Assembly: GCA_947468275.1 (NCBI GenBank)
Contig: CANIKO010000010.1
Location: forward strand, 13,114 to 77,113
Length of the DNA stretch: 64,000 nt
From: Bacteroidota bacterium
Lineage (GTDB): Bacteria; Bacteroidota; Bacteroidia; NS11-12g; UBA9320
Direction: 5' to 3'
The position numbers and the translations under genes are program-made. Of the stretch, positions 9,241-17,449 are shown in pieces; the first letter of the stretch is position 1, and each line of letters starts with the position of its first letter. The notes beneath the pieces were generated by a model that did no database searches, had not been told where the DNA came from, and was given only the letters and a program-made list of their open reading frames with translations.

Positions 9241-11058
9241 ATGAGTAAAACATCAAAAAATATTCTACCTAAGAAGGAAAAACAGACGGACTACTTTCTG
9301 TTTTTACTCTTTTTTGCCACCATTTTGGTGTTTATTAAAGGCATGTCCTCAGATATTTTAAATTTTGATGATAATGAGTATTTTGAAAATTACCCGGAGG
9401 TAATAAATCTAAGTTTTGAAAGCGTTAAAAAATACTTTTCAAGCTACTATGTTTTGATGTATCAGCCACTGCCAATATTGAGCTTTGCACTTACTTATTC
9501 CTTTTTTAAACTCGATCCAACAGCCCATCATATTATTAATTTAGGACTTCATCTTTTCAATATTTATTTGGTTTATATTTTTATTGGGAAACTTACCAAT
9601 AAGTCGATTATTAAAAAAATTGTTGCTTTTTTGTTTGCACTTCACCCTTTGGCTGTTGAGGCCGTTATGTGGTTTTCGTGTCGAAGCAGCGGTATGTATG
9701 TTTGCTTTTATTTGCTGGGGTTACTTGCTTATTTAAACTATCAACAGGAGAGTAAATTGAAATATTTGATATTTTGCGGTATTTGGTTCGTGTTTTCTCT
9801 TTTGTCAAAAGCGCATGCGGTTACTTTTCCTTTGGCCTTGATGGTTATTGATATTTTTATTTATAAAATTTCTATTGGAAAAAAACTAATTTTAAGTAAA
9901 ATTCCTTTTTTAATGCTCTCGCTTTTCTTTGGTATAATAACATTGCTCAACAAAGACACTGCCAACAATATCACTTACAGTGTAGCCAATTATTCTATAT
10001 TTGATTATTTCTTCTTACTAAACTATGAAATTTTATGGTATTTTTTAAAAGTTGTTTTGCCTACTAGTTTGGCTCCTATTTATGTTTATCCTCCTAAAAT
10101 GGAGGGTTTATTGCCAACCATATACTATTTGGCACCAATAATTATAGGGGCATTGGTTTATTTAGTTTATAAAAATTTTAAATCCCGTTCTTATGTTGCA
10201 TTCGGCATCTTATTGTTTTTTGCAATATTATCTGTAAGCCTTCAAATTTTGCCGTCACGCCAAGTGATTGTGGCCGACCGATATAGTTATTTACCCAATA
10301 TTGGTCTGTTTTTTATTATAGCAAATCTTTATGCCGAATGGGCGGAAGGAAAAATAAATTCCTTAAAAAAAATAAAAGGAAAACAGTATTTGCTGTATTT
10401 TTTAGCTTTTGTTTTAATGATTTTGTCATTTAAACAGGTAGGAATTTGGAAAAGTAATATGACTCTGGCCGACAGAATCATAGAATCTAATCCTGAAACA
10501 GATTACATAGGACGAGCATATGGAATACGAGCTAATTATAAAAAGGATGTTATAAAAGATGTAAATGCTGCACTTGTTGATTATCAAAAAGCATTGGATT
10601 TGGATTCAACCGACTGGATTGCTAGCTATCAGGCCGGGTTGATTTACAAATCGCTTGGTGATAACTCAAAAGCTATTGATTATTTTAACAAAGCCCACAA
10701 GAGCGATATGGAAAACCCTATGCCTTTGTGCGATATCGGGGTGATTCAACTAGAAATTAAAAATTACGATTTAGCTTTAAAATTTGCTGATTCAGCAATT
10801 AAGGTTTATCCCAATTCAGCAAAAGGTTTAAATTTAAAGGCGGTATGTTTGTTAAATTTAGGAAACGCTATGGATGCAGAAAGGTTTTTTACAAAAGCAA
10901 TTTTAGCCAACCCAAATTATACCGAAGCTATTAAAAACAGAGGTATTGTGCGGTTAAAAAATCTTAATAATAATGACGGTGCTTGTGCTGATTTTAGAAA
11001 AGCCGCTGAATTAGGGGAGCCCGGAATGGACTTAATATTGAAAGATTACTGTAATTAA
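9241..11058 (+). CDS. TMTC-like GT-C membrane glycosyltransferase with C-terminal TPRs
   Basis: FDD loop after TM1, YQPL, FALHPLAVEAV, LLSK, ADRYSYLP, multiple TMs, then TPR repeats. Confidence 0.78.
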   Translation: MSKTSKNILPKKEKQTDYFLFLLFFATILVFIKGMSSDILNFDDNEYFENYPEVINLSFESVKKYFSSYYVLMYQPLPILSFALTYSFFKLDPTAHHIINLGLHLFNIYLVYIFIGKLTNKSIIKKIVAFLFALHPLAVEAVMWFSCRSSGMYVCFYLLGLLAYLNYQQESKLKYLIFCGIWFVFSLLSKAHAVTFPLALMVIDIFIYKISIGKKLILSKIPFLMLSLFFGIITLLNKDTANNITYSVANYSIFDYFFLLNYEILWYFLKVVLPTSLAPIYVYPPKMEGLLPTIYYLAPIIIGALVYLVYKNFKSRSYVAFGILLFFAILSVSLQILPSRQVIVADRYSYLPNIGLFFIIANLYAEWAEGKINSLKKIKGKQYLLYFLAFVLMILSFKQVGIWKSNMTLADRIIESNPETDYIGRAYGIRANYKKDVIKDVNAALVDYQKALDLDSTDWIASYQAGLIYKSLGDNSKAIDYFNKAHKSDMENPMPLCDIGVIQLEIKNYDLALKFADSAIKVYPNSAKGLNLKAVCLLNLGNAMDAERFFTKAILANPNYTEAIKNRGIVRLKNLNNNDGACADFRKAAELGEPGMDLILKDYCN

Positions 11059-11101
11059 GCGGAAAGTCAAATATTCGGTTTGTATTTAAAAACAATAAAT
11101 T

Positions 11102-11109
11102 TATATTTG
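11102..11109 (+). promoter_or_regulatory. Bacteroidota -7 promoter element for tRNA-Phe
   Basis: TATATTTG (TAnnTTTG) 15 nt upstream of the tRNA. Confidence 0.6.
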
Positions 11110-11124
11110 CAGCCCTTTAAAAAA

Positions 11125-11197
11125 GGTGCGGTAGCTCAGTCGGTAGAGCAAAGGACTGAAAATCCTTGTGTCGCCGGTTCGATCCCGGCCCACACCA
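11125..11197 (+). tRNA. tRNA-Phe (GAA); CCA not encoded
   Basis: GGTGCGGTAGCTCAGTCGGTAGAGCAAAGGACTGAAAATCCTTGTGTCGCCGGTTCGATCCCGGCCCACACCA folds as a cloverleaf. Confidence 0.97.
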
Positions 11198-11204
11198 CTT
11201 TTAC

Positions 11205-11237
11205 TCCCGTCATTTTTTTAATGGCGGGATTTTTTTT
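11205..11237 (+). terminator. Intrinsic terminator after tRNA
   Basis: TCCCGTCATT...AATGGCGGGA stem followed by T-run. Confidence 0.75.
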
Positions 11238-11245
11238 ATAAAGCA

Positions 11246-12262
11246 ATGCAACCCAGAGTTTCAATAGTCATCCTAAACTACAACACCCGGCATTTTTTAC
11301 AAAAATTCCTCCCGGGAGTATTGGCTACAGATTATGAAAATTTTGAAGTGGTATTGGCAGATAATGCATCCAAAGACGATTCGGTAGAATTTGTTAAACA
11401 AAATTTCCCAACAGTAAAAATTATAACCTTAGTTGAGAACTATGGATTTGCTGGAGGTTACAACAAAGCCTTGTCGGAAGTAAAGGCAGATTATTTTGTA
11501 TTACTTAATTCTGATGTAGAAGTTCCTTCAGATTGGTTAAATCCATTAGTGGAATTGGCTGAAAGTGATTCAAAAATTGCCGCTGTTCAACCAAAACTAT
11601 TGGATTATAAGGATAAAACAAAATTTGAATATGCCGGTGGTTCAGGCGGTTTTATTGATAAATACGGATACCCGTTTTGTCGCGGAAGATGGTTTAATTA
11701 TTTAGAAACCGACAATGGTCAATACAATGATAGTCGAGAAATATTCTGGGCAACCGGTGCTTGCTTTTTAATTCGATCCAAATATTGGGAAGAAGCCAAG
11801 GGGCTAGATGAGGACTTTTTTGCCCATATGGAAGAAATAGATTTATGCTGGCGACTAAAGAATGCGGGATATAAAATTATGGTTTGCCCTCAGTCTGTGG
11901 TTTATCATGTGGGTGGCGGAACGCTGCCAGTAGGCAATCCTCGAAAAACCTATCTTAATTTTAGAAATGGGTTATTTTTATTGTGCAAAAATCTTCATAG
12001 TTCAAGGCTTTGGCAGGTTTTGTTCATCCGCTTTGTATTGGATGGATTGGCTGGTATAAAGTTTTTAACGGAGTTTAAATTCCGTGAAATAGGAGCAATT
12101 CTTAAAGCTCACATGGTTTTTTATTCGCAACTTAGGTATTGGTTAAATAAACGAAAACTTTCAGCACCGCCATCCTTGCACCCTAAAAATATGTATCAAA
12201 GGAGCATGGTTTTTGATTTTTATTTAAAAGGAAAACGAAAGTTTACGGAAACCGGTTTGTAG
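11246..12262 (+). CDS. Glycosyltransferase family 2
   Basis: SIVILNYN, DNASKDDS, NYGFAGGYN, LLNSD, EEIDLCWR. Confidence 0.92.
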   Translation: MQPRVSIVILNYNTRHFLQKFLPGVLATDYENFEVVLADNASKDDSVEFVKQNFPTVKIITLVENYGFAGGYNKALSEVKADYFVLLNSDVEVPSDWLNPLVELAESDSKIAAVQPKLLDYKDKTKFEYAGGSGGFIDKYGYPFCRGRWFNYLETDNGQYNDSREIFWATGACFLIRSKYWEEAKGLDEDFFAHMEEIDLCWRLKNAGYKIMVCPQSVVYHVGGGTLPVGNPRKTYLNFRNGLFLLCKNLHSSRLWQVLFIRFVLDGLAGIKFLTEFKFREIGAILKAHMVFYSQLRYWLNKRKLSAPPSLHPKNMYQRSMVFDFYLKGKRKFTETGL

Positions 12263-12306
12263 TTTTTTTTAACACGGAGGGACTAAGAATATGGGCTTCA
12301 CGGAGT

Positions 12307-12744
12307 TTATAAAATGTTTTCTTTGTCTAACAAATAAAGCAATCCAAGCTTATACCCTTCCAATCCCAAGCCTGAAATATTTCCTTTGCAGGCTCCCAAC
12401 AGCAAATCATGGTGGCGAGCCGTTTCACGATTGTAAATATTAGAAATATGAATACCTAAGACGGGTGATTTAATAGATTTTACAGCATCGGCAATAGCTA
12501 CGCTGGTGTGGCTATAGCCTCCGGCATTTAGTAAAATACCGTCCATTTCAAATCCCCATTCCTGTATTTTATTAATTAATTCTCCTTCAATATTACTTTG
12601 AAAATAGTGTACTACTGTTGTGTCCTTAAACTGGCTTTTAAGTTCCTTAAAGTAATCTTCAAAGGATTTATCTCCATAAATTTCCGGTTCGCGTTTGCCC
12701 AATAGATTAAGGTTGGGGCCATTTATGATTCCTATTTTTTTCAA
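12307..12744 (-). CDS. aroQ: Type II 3-dehydroquinate dehydratase
   Basis: NGPNLNLLGKREPEIYG, QSNIEGELI, HTSVAIADA, HISN; TTG start. Confidence 0.95.
   Translation of the reverse strand: MKKIGIINGPNLNLLGKREPEIYGDKSFEDYFKELKSQFKDTTVVHYFQSNIEGELINKIQEWGFEMDGILLNAGGYSHTSVAIADAVKSIKSPVLGIHISNIYNRETARHHDLLLGACKGNISGLGLEGYKLGLLYLLDKENIL
12675..12743 (+). repeat. Direct repeat copy A (aroQ 5' end); copy B at 13295-13363
   Basis: 65/69 identical by hand alignment, offset 620 bp. Confidence 0.92.
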
Positions 12745-12809
12745 ATAAAATTATTGAACCACAAAGAAACAATTTAAATAGTTTAGTGTAAATATTTTAT
12801 TTTTGATTT

Positions 12810-13058
12810 ATGATTTCAGATTATTTAAATGCTGCTATGCATCTAGCCAAATATGAATTTCTTCCAAACGACAAATTGTATTATGGCGAGATTGATGAGT
12901 TTAAAGGGCTTTATGCGAGTGCTACCAATTTAGAATTATGCCGGGATGAATTGATGTCAACTCTTGAGGATTGGGTGCTTTTCAGCATTCATAAAAATCT
13001 GCCATTACCAATTATAAATAATCTTAACTTGCAAATTAAGGATTTGGCAGATGCCTGA
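12810..13058 (+). CDS. hicB: HicB-family antitoxin (short form)
   Basis: YYGEIDEFKGLYASATNLELCRDELMSTLEDW...LPLP. Confidence 0.85.
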   Translation: MISDYLNAAMHLAKYEFLPNDKLYYGEIDEFKGLYASATNLELCRDELMSTLEDWVLFSIHKNLPLPIINNLNLQIKDLADA

Positions 13059-13275
13059 TTTTGGAAATATTTCCAGAAAGGACTTAATAAAGGCCTTGCA
13101 ATTACTCGGTTTTGAAGGTCCGTTTTCAGGTGGAAAACATCAATTTATGTTGAAAAGCGGATTGCGGCTTACCATTCCCAATCCCCATCAGTCAGACATT
13201 GGAATAGATTTGCTCAATAAAATTTTAAAACAAGCAGATATTTCAAAAATAGAATGGAGAAATTTAAAACTTTAA
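13051..13275 (+). CDS. hicA: HicA-family mRNA interferase toxin
   Basis: LGFEGPFSGGKHQFM...LTIPNPH...LLNKILKQA. Confidence 0.88.
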   Translation: MPDFGNISRKDLIKALQLLGFEGPFSGGKHQFMLKSGLRLTIPNPHQSDIGIDLLNKILKQADISKIEWRNLKL

Positions 13276-13286
13276 CGTATCAAATC

Positions 13287-13364
13287 TTATAGATCATAAA
13301 TCTCTAGTTCGCGTTTGCCCAAGAGATTAAGGTTGGGGCCATTTATGATTCCTATTTTTTTCAC
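13287..13364 (-). pseudogene. Truncated duplicate of the aroQ 5' end (25 codons)
   Basis: GTG-KKIGIINGPNLNLLGKRELEIYDL-stop; GTG overlaps the XRE gene TGA. Confidence 0.88.
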
Positions 13365-13690
13365 TTGTCTCCTTTTTCTTTAGCTTTTTTCTTTAGCAAC
13401 TTTTTTATTAATTCCGATTGTTCAGCAACTAATTTAATAAGATATTTTAAAGTTGTTTTGTCTTCCTTTTCTAGCTCATTTATGGGATTAAAATCATCAA
13501 TAAAACTATCAAATTCCTCCTTTGTTATTTTTAATGCTGTAAATATTTCACTTAGTTTTTCATCATTTATAACGATTCTGTGTTCCAAATCTGAATATGC
13601 TTTTTGCGATATACCCAATTTAAGAGCTATATAGTCTTGAGAAAAATCTCCTTGTCGTCTTATTTTACGAAGTGTTTCGCCGTGGTGCAT
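13361..13690 (-). CDS. XRE/Cro-C1 helix-turn-helix transcriptional regulator
   Basis: LRKIRRQGDFSQDYIALKLGISQKAYSDLE; C-terminal coiled coil. Confidence 0.88.
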   Translation of the reverse strand: MHHGETLRKIRRQGDFSQDYIALKLGISQKAYSDLEHRIVINDEKLSEIFTALKITKEEFDSFIDDFNPINELEKEDKTTLKYLIKLVAEQSELIKKLLKKKAKEKGDK

Positions 13691-13699
13691 ATTTGCTTG

Positions 13700-13798
13700 G
13701 GTATAAGTTAGAAGTAAAACTACTAACTTAGAAGTTATCCAGCTAGCTTATGCCAAAAATAAACTATTTACTTTGTTCTTGTATTGCAATACAAAAAA
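13700..13798 (+). repeat. Promoter/operator module, copy 1 (copy 2 at 15781-15880)
   Basis: ~100 bp with 2 substitutions and 1 indel between copies; contains palindromes TAAGTTAGAAGT-AAA-ACTACTAACTTA and TTGTATTGCAATACAA. Confidence 0.93.
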
Positions 13799-13853
13799 TC
13801 AAATGCCTTGAACAAATGATAGGCATTAAAAAAAATTTAAATTAAATACAAAA

Positions 13854-14393
13854 ATGAAAAGATTATTTAAACTCTTTGTTATAAGCAGTTTCTTATTATT
13901 CTCTTCGAATTCGTACTCAAGGGCAATTGGGACATTGATTAATGGTGTCCCAACAGTATCAGTAACAAATGAAGAATTTCAAACTCAATTGAATCTTCTG
14001 TCAAGCTGCACTTGTGGTATTTCAAATATTAACCTTGTTAGCACCTCAATAAGCTATAATCCTTCATCAGGAGGATTATTAAAACTGTCGTTTACGTGCA
14101 ATATAGCCAATGAGGTAGGGTTAATGAGAGTCAATATTACTAAGGAATTATCTTATGATAGTGGTAATAACGAATTCCATGTAATAAACGGTGGTGCAAG
14201 TAGAACTTGTATTGGTAAAAATTGTCTAAGTCGTTGTGACGTTGAAGGAGTAGGCTGTACCCCATGTGGTAGAGCCGACAATACTGAGATGCCCGCAACT
14301 TGCACAATGGCAACAGCTGAACAAGAAGGATGTATCTGGGGTTGTCTAGGAACGCTTTTTTTTGGCTGGTTAATTAGTTTATTTTGTTGCTAA
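13854..14393 (+). CDS. Secreted Cys-rich hypothetical protein (13 Cys)
   Basis: Signal peptide; Cys-rich C-terminal 65 aa with hydrophobic tail ending CC. Confidence 0.75.
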   Translation: MKRLFKLFVISSFLLFSSNSYSRAIGTLINGVPTVSVTNEEFQTQLNLLSSCTCGISNINLVSTSISYNPSSGGLLKLSFTCNIANEVGLMRVNITKELSYDSGNNEFHVINGGASRTCIGKNCLSRCDVEGVGCTPCGRADNTEMPATCTMATAEQEGCIWGCLGTLFFGWLISLFCC

Positions 14394-14453
14394 GTTTATT
14401 CTTGAGGGATACAATATCTTTCAAAGTTCTTTCTATTTCAACGTTAAAATTTT

Positions 14454-15581
14454 ATGATAAGAAAAATCTCTCTTTTTTTAGTTAACACTATACTGAGCTA
14501 CTTCCTTTCAGATATAGCTTTTTCTCAAAATATTAGAGAAGTAGAAATAAGAAATCATAATTATTTTAGTTCTACTAATCAAGTCATAGAAATTAAATAT
14601 ACATCAAAAACGAGAGATAATGCTAATTCCATCACAAGGCGTTATTTATTAAATTTAGAGAGCCTTAATAAAGGTTCTCTAAATTTAAATTATGTTGAAA
14701 ATAACTCTAAACTATATTTTAAATTTGTTAATAATGACTTGTATTTCAAACATCCTGATAGCATTAACTATATATTATTTGAACCAATAAATAAAAAAAG
14801 GAAGCCACCAAGTAATGTTTTTTTTTTAAAATATCTGCCTTTGTCTTGCACTTCCTTTTTTTTAAAAAATAGTTTTGAATCAGAGGATAGTAATTTTCAA
14901 ACTTGCGCCGGTGACACTTTTATTTTGGAACAAGTATCAAAGAAATTAGAAGTTGTACGAAAATTATACCTTGACAAAAATTTGCAGATTTTTAAAACAG
15001 AATATACTAGTACAGATTCAAATAGCCTTCAAGAAAAATGGCAATATGAATATAAAATATATAAAAATATTGAATTGAGTCAACTGGCAGATTCATTAAA
15101 ATTTGGCCCATTTAATAAAGAAAATTTTATAAAGAATAGTTATATTAATAAAGAAAGTACTATAATTTATGACGGCAAGACACATGTTCCATTGACAAAT
15201 AAAAAAACACTAATCCTTGATACAACTAAAATTAAATATTATATAATTGACTTATGGTATATAGGCTGCAAACCATGCAGTATGTTAAGACCTTATCTTG
15301 AAAAAATTTACACGAATATCGATACTTCAAAAGCAATTATGTTAGGATATAACGAATTTGATATTATGGAGGATATTAACACATATTTAAAAAGAAAAAA
15401 TTTTCAAATTCCAGAAATTGATAACTCTTCATTTTATTTGGAACAATTTCATACAAATATGCACCCTACCGTTCTTATCCTTGATAAAAAATTCAAGGTG
15501 ATAGAGACTTATGTTGGATATTCTACTTTAAATATTCTTAAAATTAGAACATTTCTCAAAGCAAAGAAATTGTTTTTGTGA
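14454..15581 (+). CDS. Exported protein with C-terminal TlpA/thioredoxin-like domain
   Basis: IDLWYIGCKPC, cis-Pro loop HPTVLILD. Confidence 0.8.
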   Translation: MIRKISLFLVNTILSYFLSDIAFSQNIREVEIRNHNYFSSTNQVIEIKYTSKTRDNANSITRRYLLNLESLNKGSLNLNYVENNSKLYFKFVNNDLYFKHPDSINYILFEPINKKRKPPSNVFFLKYLPLSCTSFFLKNSFESEDSNFQTCAGDTFILEQVSKKLEVVRKLYLDKNLQIFKTEYTSTDSNSLQEKWQYEYKIYKNIELSQLADSLKFGPFNKENFIKNSYINKESTIIYDGKTHVPLTNKKTLILDTTKIKYYIIDLWYIGCKPCSMLRPYLEKIYTNIDTSKAIMLGYNEFDIMEDINTYLKRKNFQIPEIDNSSFYLEQFHTNMHPTVLILDKKFKVIETYVGYSTLNILKIRTFLKAKKLFL

Positions 15582-15646
15582 TAAAGACAAACTCGTTAGC
15601 ACATTTCTTGTAAAAATGCAATCCAATGTCACCTATCTTTGCGGCA

Positions 15647-15787
15647 ATGCGGCACATAGCATTTCTCCTTTTTACTTTCCCTCTTCTTTTGTTGGCACAA
15701 AACAAAGAACCTATTACTATTAATAATGCCGATTATCTGGATTTTAATAAAAACTATGCCAATGCCGAGCGGTTAGTAGTGGTATAA
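15647..15787 (+). pseudogene. Truncated duplicate of the 5' end of the downstream OstA-like gene (46 codons)
   Basis: MRHIAFLLFTFPLLLLAQNKEPITINNADYLDFNKNYANAERLVVV-stop; 15624-15779 vs 17427-17582 ungapped, about 135/156 identical. Confidence 0.9.
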
Positions 15788-15880
15788 GTTAGAAGTAAAA
15801 ACTACTAACTTAGAAGTTATCCAGCTAGCTTATGCCAAAAATAAACTATTTTCTTTGTTCTTGTATTGCCATACAAAAAA
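15781..15880 (+). repeat. Promoter/operator module, copy 2
   Basis: Near-identical to 13700-13798. Confidence 0.93.
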
Positions 15881-15934
15881 AAGGAAGAGCCTTGAACCTT
15901 TTAGATGGGCGTTAAAAATTTAAAAAAAATTATT

Positions 15935-16654
15935 ATGAACTTTTTTAAAAAATTATCTATACCCTTTCTTCTTTCTTTTACCCTAATTTTTACAGAATGT
16001 AAGAAAGAAGCTATCACTGATGTAAATTACTCTGAAATTAAAACTCCTGAACAACTGCTTGATTCCCCAAATGATCCTATAAATGAAAATATGTATTATG
16101 TAAAGGATTTTAATTTTCATTTGGATGGAGTTCCTGTGGCATATGAAACAATAGATTCGCTTTTTGATAATATATTGTACTCGGATTTTCCTGACACATT
16201 AAATGTATTTTGCTTTACAAATCTTGCTGCTTTTGATGATTACTTAACAGGAAATCCTAATAAAGCAGATGTATTAAAGGATATAAATGATATGGATAGT
16301 ATTGCGGCATTAATTCCTGACTCTTTAGATGATGAAATGAAATCTCCTGTAAAGGTAATCCCAGGTCAAATTGCACTTCTAAATGGGTCGTATTCGATTT
16401 CTGGTTTTGATATGCCAACTCCAACCACTAATGGAGACGGATTTACATCATGGACGCCTAAACTTAATCTTGGAAGTATGAATAATCGTGTAACTGGAAT
16501 TACTTTTTGGGCAATTACTGGTTCATTTTCGGTTTGGTGTACAAAGAAAAATTTCAAAGGAATGAAAAATTTCTATTGGGGATTTCCCTTTTTTGGAGGA
16601 AGATATATTTTAACAGATGTTAGATGGAACAATAATTTCATGTCTGTTTATTAG
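15935..16654 (+). CDS. Lipoprotein with probable C-terminal beta/gamma-crystallin-like domain
   Basis: Likely start ATG 15935; lipobox FTE-C-KKE; tail NLGSMNNRVTGI...KKNFKG...LTDVRWNNNFMSV. Confidence 0.65.
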   Translation: MNFFKKLSIPFLLSFTLIFTECKKEAITDVNYSEIKTPEQLLDSPNDPINENMYYVKDFNFHLDGVPVAYETIDSLFDNILYSDFPDTLNVFCFTNLAAFDDYLTGNPNKADVLKDINDMDSIAALIPDSLDDEMKSPVKVIPGQIALLNGSYSISGFDMPTPTTNGDGFTSWTPKLNLGSMNNRVTGITFWAITGSFSVWCTKKNFKGMKNFYWGFPFFGGRYILTDVRWNNNFMSVY

Positions 16655-16717
16655 GGTTATAGATAATTTATAGTATTAAAAGTTAATGTGTAAATTGGCA
16701 TTGTAAATAAAAGTGTA

Positions 16718-17359
16718 ATGACTAAGGTAAAAAAAACAGTATTATTTTTTACAATTATTTTTCAATTTATCGCAATGAGGAGTTTTTGTAATGATACTTC
16801 TAATCTTAAAAAGTCCCAATTAAAAACCAAAAATTTTTACATTGGAATTCTGCTTGCACCTGCATATTTAGGTGGCTATGAGCAAAAATCTTTAGGAAAA
16901 AAATCAGGCCATATACCTTTTTTGTATAATCTAGGAAGTATTTTTTCTGAATACACTATCCTTAATAGGTATTCAGTTTTTGCAGGTTTTTCCTACGGTT
17001 ATAATTACTTCAGAGACACTATTAATGTCGGAAGCCTTGGTGGAACTTGTGGATTAAGATATAATATTCCACTTACAACAAAAAAGAAAAAGGAAGAAAA
17101 TAAACCAACATTACTTTATGCGCAAATTGGGCTTGGTTACACTAAAGGTTATTATTATAATGCCCCTAATTTAATAAGAATAAACAGACAAATAGAATGT
17201 TTTGGTCTAAACTTAGGTGTGAGTTTTATCCCATCTAAATTGTTTAAAAAAGCAAATTCTAATTTTATTATTGATTATTCAGTTGTCAAACCTTTTTATA
17301 ATGTGAAAAATAAAGAAGATCAATTTTTCGGTGGATTTGGAATTAAGTATAAGATTTAA
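16718..17359 (+). CDS. Probable small outer-membrane beta-barrel protein
   Basis: Signal peptide, alternating Gly/aromatic strands, terminal GGFGIKYKI strand. Confidence 0.65.
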   Translation: MTKVKKTVLFFTIIFQFIAMRSFCNDTSNLKKSQLKTKNFYIGILLAPAYLGGYEQKSLGKKSGHIPFLYNLGSIFSEYTILNRYSVFAGFSYGYNYFRDTINVGSLGGTCGLRYNIPLTTKKKKEENKPTLLYAQIGLGYTKGYYYNAPNLIRINRQIECFGLNLGVSFIPSKLFKKANSNFIIDYSVVKPFYNVKNKEDQFFGGFGIKYKI

Positions 17360-17363
17360 TCTA

Positions 17364-17401
17364 AAGAAAAGCTTACAATTTTTTGTAAGCTTTTCTTTTT
17401 T
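17364..17401 (+). terminator. Intrinsic terminator closing cassette 2
   Basis: AAGAAAAGCTTACAA/TTGTAAGCTTTTCTT stem plus T-run. Confidence 0.8.
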
Positions 17402-17449
17402 GAATATTGCTTTTTTAAATCCAATGCAATGTTTCCTATCTTTGCCGCA

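Noticed and set aside
11125..11197. tRNA-Phe as island attachment site
   Set aside because: No duplicate of its 3' end seen in the window; it is followed by a normal terminator and GT2
12273..12305. CACGGAG twice between convergent GT2 and aroQ, reminiscent of GxxExxY-associated repeats
   Set aside because: Only two 7-mers; too weak to call
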